Assembly (NCBI GenBank): GCA_017528045.1
Contig: JAFXPG010000010.1
Span: 13,968-77,967 of the forward strand
Source of the DNA: Alphaproteobacteria bacterium
GTDB lineage: Bacteria; Pseudomonadota; Alphaproteobacteria; Rs-D84
Length of the DNA: 64,000 nt
Direction of reading: 5' to 3'
Below are positions 9,737-17,237 of this stretch, one piece after another (positions within the stretch are counted from its first letter, which is position 1; the number at the start of each line of letters is the position of its first letter). The notes below the pieces were generated by a model. That model did not search any database. It had not been told where the DNA came from and saw only the letters and a program-made list of their open reading frames with translations. Made by a program: the position numbers and the translations under genes.

Positions 9737-9949
9737 ATGCATAAAATATCTGTATCTTTATATGGTCATCAAACCAGTATTTCTCTAGAACAAGAGTTTT
9801 TTGATGTATTACAAAAAATAGCCAAGCAATCAAACACTTCTGTTGCGTCTATTATAAAAAATATTGATGAGCAAAGGCTACCAGGATCTAATCTTTCTTC
9901 TGAAATCCGTGTATGGATATTGAAACAAATATTGAAAACATCAAAATAA
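9737..9949 (+). CDS. ribbon-helix-helix domain protein (RHH_4-like)
   Basis: ISVSLYGHQTSISLEQEFFDVLQKIA...SVASIIKNIDEQR...NLSSEIRVWIL matches the alphaproteobacterial RHH_4 pattern (GH.TS.SLE..FW..L..iA......l...id......NLSSAiRv). 3' end overlaps the convergent lnt by 62 nt. Confidence 0.6.
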   Translation: MHKISVSLYGHQTSISLEQEFFDVLQKIAKQSNTSVASIIKNIDEQRLPGSNLSSEIRVWILKQILKTSK

Positions 9950-11897
9950 ATATCATCCATAAATCACGACCAATTGTTCTGTATGGTGTAATATGTTTTC
10001 CCCAAACATATCCATCTAAACTGCCTGTTTGAGCAACAGATAAATAAGATTCTACCTGTCCATCTGGCATGACAAAAGCACTTATTCCAGAATAATTTGC
10101 TCGCACAACTGGCAAACCGGATTCAATAGCATATCTGCGAACCATATCCAAATGTTGGTATACCCCAGGTGTTAACCCAAACCAAGTATCATTTGTTATA
10201 TTAACGATAGCATCAGGATTTGTGTCACGTGGAACCAAAGAATCAGAAAAAACTATTTCATAACATATTGCAGGTACAAACACAAAATCATTTTTATTTG
10301 TTTTTACACTTATCAATTCTGGACCATTGCCAGGTGTTAACAATCCAGGTGTTGGTATAACATCACCAAATGGTCTGTATTCACCAAAAGGAACAAGATG
10401 AGATTTACTGTATAAATGTTGAATTTTTCCTTGTTCGTTTGCTATCAACATTGAATTATATAAATTACCATCTTTATAATGATTAGCACCCATAATCACT
10501 TTTGAATTTAAAATATGAGACAAAGGAAAATCATCATCAACAACTGTATAAGGATATGCAGTTTCAGGAAAAACTATTATATCTGGCACTGCACTTTTAT
10601 CATTAGTTGCCCAAACAAATAAATCACGTATTTTTTGTTTTGCAATTTCTTGTGCTTCTTGTTTTGATGTTGGCATCTTGTATACAGCAGATTGTGCCGG
10701 TTGCACTATTCTTATCAACGGCATATTATCTATATTATAATTATCAGATATTTTCATATTACGGTAACCAAAAACACAACCAACAACAAATAAAATAATA
10801 TATATTGCAAAAATAAATTTGCATGATTTATCTGTTTTATTAGTAATTAATTCAACAAAACTTGATATCAAACCAACAATAACAAAAGTTAAACCAATTG
10901 CCCCCCATAAAGACATAGAATTAGCAACCATAGGAACATTAATCAAAATATTAGACAAAGGGTTCCATGGAAAACCTGTTAAAAACCATTCCCTTCCCCA
11001 TAAAACAAGTGTCCAAATTGTTGCAAATAAAACAGCCCTTTGCGCAGTTTTTCTTGAAACATAACGAATAACAGCAAAAGGAACAGATAATATAATTCCG
11101 CAAATCAAAGCTATGCCTATTAATCCTGGCAATGTCCAAACAGCAAATTGTCTGGCTAATTCTGGGATAACATATATAGAATTCAAAACCCACCAGAACA
11201 TAACTGTACCATATGTTGCCCCAAAAGGGAAAGCAAACAACCAAGATTTCCAAAAATTAATTTTATTTTTTTGAATAATTGTTAAATAATACATGCCACC
11301 TATTCCTAAAACAGACAGCAACCACAAATGAAAAGGAGCAAAACCAAAAGCTGTTATTGCCCCTAAAAATACAGATAATAAATAAATCCAAAAACCTTGT
11401 ATTTTTATAGATTTTAATTTTGTTATAAAACTTCCTGGGCAACAAGATTCTGAATTACAAACAACATCTTCTTCTGCATATGGATTTTTATATCCAAGAT
11501 TTTTTAAGATTCTTATTTCTTTATTTTCCATTACTTTTGCTTCTTTATCATTCAAATGATCATAACCTTGCAAATGTAAAATACCATGAACAATCATATG
11601 TGCCGTATGTTCTTCAACACTTATATTTGCATCTTTTGCTTCACGCATAACAGTATCCAAAGATATAAAAATATCACCTAGTAATAAATCATCACCCAGT
11701 TCAAAAGATAAAACATTTGTTGGTTTATCAATTCCACGATATTGCTTATTTAATTTATGAATTTGTTTATCATCAACCAAAGTTATAGAAACTTCTGAAT
11801 CTTTATATACAGCAGAAATCGCTGCATTAGCAATTTTTTCAAAATCTATTTTATATTTCTTCCATTTATTATTTTCAATATTAACACATACTTGCAT
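9888..11897 (-). CDS. lnt: fusion protein: endoribonuclease YbeY (N-terminal ~150 aa) + apolipoprotein N-acyltransferase Lnt (C-terminal ~510 aa)
   Basis: N-terminus has the YbeY metal site HGILHLQGYDH. One uninterrupted frame continues into multi-TM and nitrilase-type CN-hydrolase domains (VFPETAYP..., ICYE...). Start ATG 11897 is preceded by AAGGAAAAA. Confidence 0.8.
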   Translation of the reverse strand: MQVCVNIENNKWKKYKIDFEKIANAAISAVYKDSEVSITLVDDKQIHKLNKQYRGIDKPTNVLSFELGDDLLLGDIFISLDTVMREAKDANISVEEHTAHMIVHGILHLQGYDHLNDKEAKVMENKEIRILKNLGYKNPYAEEDVVCNSESCCPGSFITKLKSIKIQGFWIYLLSVFLGAITAFGFAPFHLWLLSVLGIGGMYYLTIIQKNKINFWKSWLFAFPFGATYGTVMFWWVLNSIYVIPELARQFAVWTLPGLIGIALICGIILSVPFAVIRYVSRKTAQRAVLFATIWTLVLWGREWFLTGFPWNPLSNILINVPMVANSMSLWGAIGLTFVIVGLISSFVELITNKTDKSCKFIFAIYIILFVVGCVFGYRNMKISDNYNIDNMPLIRIVQPAQSAVYKMPTSKQEAQEIAKQKIRDLFVWATNDKSAVPDIIVFPETAYPYTVVDDDFPLSHILNSKVIMGANHYKDGNLYNSMLIANEQGKIQHLYSKSHLVPFGEYRPFGDVIPTPGLLTPGNGPELISVKTNKNDFVFVPAICYEIVFSDSLVPRDTNPDAIVNITNDTWFGLTPGVYQHLDMVRRYAIESGLPVVRANYSGISAFVMPDGQVESYLSVAQTGSLDGYVWGKHITPYRTIGRDLWMIFILMFSIFVSISIHGFQKKD

Positions 11898-11907
11898 TTG
11901 TTTTTCC

Positions 11908-13251
11908 TTATGCCTGATATTCTTGATTAAAATGATAAACAACATTGTTGTCTTTATTATTTCGTAACATATTCAAATTTTTAATACCCTTATTAAACGC
12001 TATAACTTTTAATTCTGGCTTTTTAGATATATACACTGTCGTTTCTTTATCCAAGATTTTTTTATAAACAACAAAATCTTGAACTGTACCATTATCTGTT
12101 TTTTTTCTTTGTAAAGCATATTCTACGATTTCTGAATCAAAAATAAAATGTCCATTTTGTAAAATTTTGTTTAAATCAATTTTTGAAAAAGCATCCCTGT
12201 CCATATTCACAAAATCATCCATGCTAATTTTTCCAGTATAAAGCATCGCACACCACCAACGACGAATATTTGTTCCATTACGCCATTTACTTTTTACTTC
12301 ATTCCCGGCAATAAACGCATCTATTATTTTTTGTTCATCGTTTTCTGCATCTTTTAATTTTTTAATAATACCTTTTGTTGTATTTGGTAATTGATAAGAA
12401 GCGAAAAACACAGCCAAAACTTGATCAGCAGAAACTTTTGTAAAACCGTTCTTATAAAAACCAGATTGTATCAAAGATAAACATTCCCCACGATACGTAC
12501 AATGTTGTTTGACTTGATTCCATATTTCTTCATCAGAAAAATTTGAAACCGTATCTTTATAAATACCAATACATGGATATTGTTTTCCGTCGATATAAAC
12601 CCATGTAAGTCCAGGTCCATAAGTGTATCTTTTTTCACCAGTTTGCAACTTTGGTTTTTCATGATACGTTTCAAATTCTAATAAACCGATAACAATTTCT
12701 TCCCAATGAATTTGAACAAAATCTTGTACAAAATTTTTATCATCAGTTTTATATTTTTTATTTTTTTGAATTTTTATAACCCATTCTTTATAAATATCTT
12801 TTATATCTTCTTTATGTTCTGCAACTTTTATTCCAGATATTGTTAAACCTGTAAACAAAGCATAAACCATCCATAAATGCAATCTGGCTGTAGCCACAGG
12901 ATGTTCTTTTTGTAAAATTTTAAAAAATTGATTAAATTTATTATCAGAATCTTTAATATCAATATTTTGTTTTTTTGATTTTAATTTATCTATTATTTTA
13001 TTATCCAAAAAAACATTATTTAAACCAGATATTGTATCTTGTGTTGCATATTTCATTAAGCAAAATAAAAACCATGTTAAATCTATTGTTCCCAAACCAG
13101 CTACACGAGATGCTTTTCCTATTTTTGTTTCAGGCTGCCATTGTTTTAAATTATTATCATATTTTTCTAATATGCCTTTATCCCCATGAACGTATTCACG
13201 ACGTGTTGATATTTCAGATGTAATTTTTTTTAATTTATCAACAAAAGACAT
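11908..13251 (-). CDS. hypothetical protein with C-terminal GH24 (T4-type) lysozyme-like domain
   Basis: LEFETYHEKPKLQTGEKRYTYGPGLT resembles the E-x8-D-x5-T / YTIGIG region of T4 lysozyme. VLAVFFASYQL...NIRRWWCAMLYTG resembles the ...FN.G...RR..E..LF..G part. The N-terminal 180 aa has hydrophobic segments. Confidence 0.45.
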   Translation of the reverse strand: MSFVDKLKKITSEISTRREYVHGDKGILEKYDNNLKQWQPETKIGKASRVAGLGTIDLTWFLFCLMKYATQDTISGLNNVFLDNKIIDKLKSKKQNIDIKDSDNKFNQFFKILQKEHPVATARLHLWMVYALFTGLTISGIKVAEHKEDIKDIYKEWVIKIQKNKKYKTDDKNFVQDFVQIHWEEIVIGLLEFETYHEKPKLQTGEKRYTYGPGLTWVYIDGKQYPCIGIYKDTVSNFSDEEIWNQVKQHCTYRGECLSLIQSGFYKNGFTKVSADQVLAVFFASYQLPNTTKGIIKKLKDAENDEQKIIDAFIAGNEVKSKWRNGTNIRRWWCAMLYTGKISMDDFVNMDRDAFSKIDLNKILQNGHFIFDSEIVEYALQRKKTDNGTVQDFVVYKKILDKETTVYISKKPELKVIAFNKGIKNLNMLRNNKDNNVVYHFNQEYQA

Positions 13252-13260
13252 TATCGTTAC

Positions 13261-13668
13261 CTATTTTTTACCTAAACCTGTTTTCTTTGCAATTTTAGAA
13301 CGTGTTTTTGAATAATTTGCAGACACAAAAGGATAATTAACAGGCAACCCCCATTTATCACGGTATTGTTTTGGTGTAAGATTAAATTTTCTTTTTATAT
13401 AACGTTTCAACATTATATGCCAAGTACCATCTTCAAAACATTGTATTGCATCAGGTGTTATAGAATCGGCAATTTGTTGTTTGGTAATAGAAGCACTGCT
13501 TAAACTGTCTTTAGCTTGTTTTACAGCATCTTGCATTGTCATTTTTGGGTTTGCTGAAATTGCCGCAGCGGCAAGATTAGCAACAGCCAAAGCAAATTCA
13601 GAATTTTTATTTAGCAACTTGATAATCCTTTGATTATTTAATAGAATAATTATATCACAAATAAACAT
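13261..13668 (-). CDS. mucR: MucR/Ros-family transcriptional regulator with degenerate zinc site
   Basis: C-terminus LTPKQYRDKWGLPVNYPFVSANYSKTRSKIAKKTGLG is the Ros/MucR signature. The true start may be TTG 13617, which follows AAAGGA. Confidence 0.75.
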   Translation of the reverse strand: MFICDIIILLNNQRIIKLLNKNSEFALAVANLAAAAISANPKMTMQDAVKQAKDSLSSASITKQQIADSITPDAIQCFEDGTWHIMLKRYIKRKFNLTPKQYRDKWGLPVNYPFVSANYSKTRSKIAKKTGLGKK

Positions 13669-13687
13669 TAAATAAAATAAAAGTAAA

Positions 13688-14944
13688 ATGACACGTCCAT
13701 TGGCTGATTTAATGAGACCTAAAACAATTGATGAAATTGTTGGTCAAACGCATTTACTAGGTGAAAAAGGTATCATTCACCAAATGATTGACAATGAAAA
13801 TTTATCTAATTTGATTTTATGGGGGCCTCCTGGATGCGGAAAAACAACAATTGCACGAGCATTAGCTAATTCTATAGATATGGATTTTGTTCCAATGTCT
13901 GCCGTATTTTCTGGAACAGCAGATATAAAAAAAGCTATGGATGCGGCAAAAATAAACCAAAGTATTGGTCGTAATACTTTATTATTCATAGATGAAATTC
14001 ACAGATTTAATAAAACTCAACAAGATACACTGTTGCCGTATCTTGAAGATGGCACAGTAACATTTGTTGGTGCAACAACAGAAAACCCCAGTTTTAATTT
14101 AAACAATGCTTTACTTTCACGTTGTCATGTTTGTGTATTAAAACCTTTGTATACGGCAGATTTATTGACTTTAATAGAACGTGCTGAAAAATTTTTAGAC
14201 AAGAAAATTCCATTAACAAAAGACGCAAAATTACGTCTAGCACAAATGTCTGATGGTGATGCCAGATTTTTATTAAATACAGTTGAATATTTATCTGGGT
14301 TAAAAACAAAAAAAGAATTAGATGAAAAAGATTTAGACAAAGCTATTCAAAAACGCGCACCTTTATCAGATAAGTCAGGTGACGAACATTACAATTTAAT
14401 ATCGGCTGTACATAAATCTTTACGTTCATCAGATACAGATGCTGCACTATATTGGGTCGCAAGAATGATGGTTTCCGGTCAAGACCCAAGATATATTTTA
14501 CGCAGATTAACAAGATTCGCCATGGAAGACGTTGGTCTTGCAGATCCTAACGCTATGCAAATTGCTTTATCTGCTTGGCAAATTTATGAACGTATGGGAT
14601 CACCAGAAGGAGATATAGCATTAACAGAACTTGTTATATATTTATCCACTGCCCCAAAAAGTATTTCTGCGTATAAAGCACAAATGGCTTCTTATAACAC
14701 AGCCAGAAATACAGGCAGTTTAATGCCACCAAAAAACATTCTTAATGCACCAACAAAAATGATGAAAAATCTGGGATACAGTGAAGGATATGTATATGAC
14801 CCAGAAACAGAATCAGGATGCAGTGGTCAAAATTGTTTCCCAGAAGAAATGCCACGAACCAGTTTTTATAAACCTGTTGAACGTGGCTTTGAACGAGAAA
14901 TCAAAAAACGTTTTGAATATTGGAATTCTTTCAGAAAAAAATAA
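13688..14944 (+). CDS. rarA: replication-associated recombination protein A (AAA+ ATPase)
   Basis: Walker A GPPGCGKTT, Walker B LFIDEIHRFNK, and MgsA C-terminal domain (HYNLISAVHKSLRSSDTDAALYW). Confidence 0.9.
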   Translation: MTRPLADLMRPKTIDEIVGQTHLLGEKGIIHQMIDNENLSNLILWGPPGCGKTTIARALANSIDMDFVPMSAVFSGTADIKKAMDAAKINQSIGRNTLLFIDEIHRFNKTQQDTLLPYLEDGTVTFVGATTENPSFNLNNALLSRCHVCVLKPLYTADLLTLIERAEKFLDKKIPLTKDAKLRLAQMSDGDARFLLNTVEYLSGLKTKKELDEKDLDKAIQKRAPLSDKSGDEHYNLISAVHKSLRSSDTDAALYWVARMMVSGQDPRYILRRLTRFAMEDVGLADPNAMQIALSAWQIYERMGSPEGDIALTELVIYLSTAPKSISAYKAQMASYNTARNTGSLMPPKNILNAPTKMMKNLGYSEGYVYDPETESGCSGQNCFPEEMPRTSFYKPVERGFEREIKKRFEYWNSFRKK

Positions 14945-14951
14945 TATCTAT

Positions 14952-15794
14952 TTAAAATAATATTTTAACACTGGCACCTAATTGGAATCTTTCATCACCA
15001 AATTCATATCCAATTTTTCCAACATATTGGGTATTTCCATACTGGCGAACCAATTTAAAATTCAACCATTCCTGATCTTCCAATAAGTGTGTATTTGTAG
15101 ATCTTCTTATATCCAAACCTATTCCTGCACGCCAATCATATTTAAATCTGAAATAAGCTTCTGGAATAAAATCTATATAAGACAATCCCCTGGTATTATC
15201 AAAAACCCAAGTTGATTTAACAGTTCCAGCCAATGTTACCGATGTATATTGACGTCCCATACGAATACCAGCATAATATGAAGAATCAGCATATTCAGGA
15301 GTTCTTACGTGTGAAGAACCCCATGCTTTCAAACCAAACAAAACATCAGAAATAATTTTAGATTGATTAAATCCGTGGCTTAAACGATAAACACCACCCA
15401 GGTCAGTACTGGAAAAACCATATTCACGTCTGCCAGAAAAATCAAATTGATAATGTATATTTGCGTGTATGTATAAATTGTTATTTATACCATATCCTAA
15501 ATATTGCCCCAACAACATTTTCTTTGGTGGGAAATCAACAAACGTATCAGACAAAAATTGATTATCACCTATTTTAAATAAAGGGTCAGATGTATCATTA
15601 CTTAACAAACTTTCAGCACCAGAATAATTTTGTTGTGTTGTGTAACTCTGTTTTACATAAGTGCTGGTTTCACCAGAATTATTATCAACAACAACATCTT
15701 CTTCTGGCAAAGAAGTATCTGATAAAATTATACCTTCGGCGTTAACATTGCTGACACAAAAAACACCCAATAAAAACAATATGTACTTTTTCAT
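14952..15794 (-). CDS. outer-membrane beta-barrel protein, family unknown
   Basis: Signal peptide MKKYILFLLGVFCVSNVNA, beta-strand periodicity, and C-terminal ...ASVKILF. Confidence 0.55.
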   Translation of the reverse strand: MKKYILFLLGVFCVSNVNAEGIILSDTSLPEEDVVVDNNSGETSTYVKQSYTTQQNYSGAESLLSNDTSDPLFKIGDNQFLSDTFVDFPPKKMLLGQYLGYGINNNLYIHANIHYQFDFSGRREYGFSSTDLGGVYRLSHGFNQSKIISDVLFGLKAWGSSHVRTPEYADSSYYAGIRMGRQYTSVTLAGTVKSTWVFDNTRGLSYIDFIPEAYFRFKYDWRAGIGLDIRRSTNTHLLEDQEWLNFKLVRQYGNTQYVGKIGYEFGDERFQLGASVKILF

Positions 15795-15812
15795 ATCTTC
15801 AAACACCATAAA

Positions 15813-17156
15813 CTAGAAATACAATATTGCTTGTACACCGATTTTCCATTCGTTGTAATTTTTTAATTTGTAAGTACCTTCTGTATACAACAATTTACTA
15901 TCTGTAAACAAAGGTGTTATTGTTCCTGCTCCATCATCCAATTTTGGAAAATCAACAGGGTTTACTTCATAAGATAAAAATTTCAAAGTTTTATCTTTTG
16001 CAGAATCCCATAATGAAGTCATTGCATAAAAATTCAATGCAAAACTGTCACCAGGTTGAAAACCGATTGCACCTTTGATATTTAATTGATCATGCCAATC
16101 GTAATGACCATAAATCATTTCACCATTCAAAGTCATATATTTATTCAAAACTGAAAATGCACCGGCACCACCTTCTATATATAAAACATTATCAACATCT
16201 GTTTTATAAGCCAACATCATCCAACTGCCTTGGCCATATTTTAAACCAGTTCCATAAATATGCCCATCTGTCAAAACAGAATAACCAACACGTCCTAAAC
16301 CATATAATGTTGTTCTGTTAACTTTATATCCCGCTTTGATTTCACCAACAAAAGTATTAGCTGTATCTTTTTGATGTTGATAATATCCAGAAGCCATTGC
16401 AATCCATTCTGGATCATCAACAAAACGATATTGCAAACCAATACCAAAAATATTAATACCTGAATCAGAATCAGTTTTATCATCTGAAGACCAAGAAGAA
16501 TCTAATCTATCTTTCCAATCTTTAATTTTTACTTCTGTGCTATCATATTGAGCCATAGCAAGCAAAGATAAATTATTAGATATACCGTAACTAATATCTT
16601 CTTTTACAGTAAATTGTGTTGTTTCTGCTTTACCAGATAAATAAGAATCACCATGTATAGGGTTATTTGGATCATTATAACTTCCTGATGTCGTATCAAG
16701 ATTATATACAGTTCCATCTATTGTATCAAATTTAAAACTGTTTGTAGCATAGGACACATCTGTTACAGAACCAAATTGACCTTGTTCAGGTTGAAAGAAA
16801 GGATGAGCCAAGAAATATTTACGCATCTTAGATGAATAAGATTTTTTTGTATAACTTGTTTCTTCTTGAACAGGTTCTTGATAAGAATTTGAATAATCTG
16901 GCTTTGGAGTATAATAATTTTGTGCACGATAATCTGTTCTGGCTGCACCTGGTTGAATATAATAAAAATTATTTGTTATTGTATTTTTATATCCAGATGT
17001 CTTTCTGCTGGCTTTTTTATAAGAATTAGATCTGACTGTTCGTGTAGTTTCATACCCACAATCAGTGCAACTGGAAGAATAACGATAACCATAATCATCC
17101 CCAGCAAAAGCAGGCATAGCAACAAGCACACCCAATAAAAGCGCAGATTTTTTCAT
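15813..17156 (-). CDS. outer-membrane beta-barrel protein with Tyr/Ser/Lys-rich N-terminal extension
   Basis: Signal peptide MKKSALLLGVLVAMPAFA, a low-complexity ~120-aa region, then a beta-barrel-like region ending ...VQAILYF. Confidence 0.55.
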   Translation of the reverse strand: MKKSALLLGVLVAMPAFAGDDYGYRYSSSCTDCGYETTRTVRSNSYKKASRKTSGYKNTITNNFYYIQPGAARTDYRAQNYYTPKPDYSNSYQEPVQEETSYTKKSYSSKMRKYFLAHPFFQPEQGQFGSVTDVSYATNSFKFDTIDGTVYNLDTTSGSYNDPNNPIHGDSYLSGKAETTQFTVKEDISYGISNNLSLLAMAQYDSTEVKIKDWKDRLDSSWSSDDKTDSDSGINIFGIGLQYRFVDDPEWIAMASGYYQHQKDTANTFVGEIKAGYKVNRTTLYGLGRVGYSVLTDGHIYGTGLKYGQGSWMMLAYKTDVDNVLYIEGGAGAFSVLNKYMTLNGEMIYGHYDWHDQLNIKGAIGFQPGDSFALNFYAMTSLWDSAKDKTLKFLSYEVNPVDFPKLDDGAGTITPLFTDSKLLYTEGTYKLKNYNEWKIGVQAILYF

Positions 17157-17237
17157 AAAAAACTCCTTTCCATTTTCTTTTATTATATCACAAAAAAGGT
17201 CTGTAAAAAAGCCGAATTTTACAAAAAAACAAATAAA

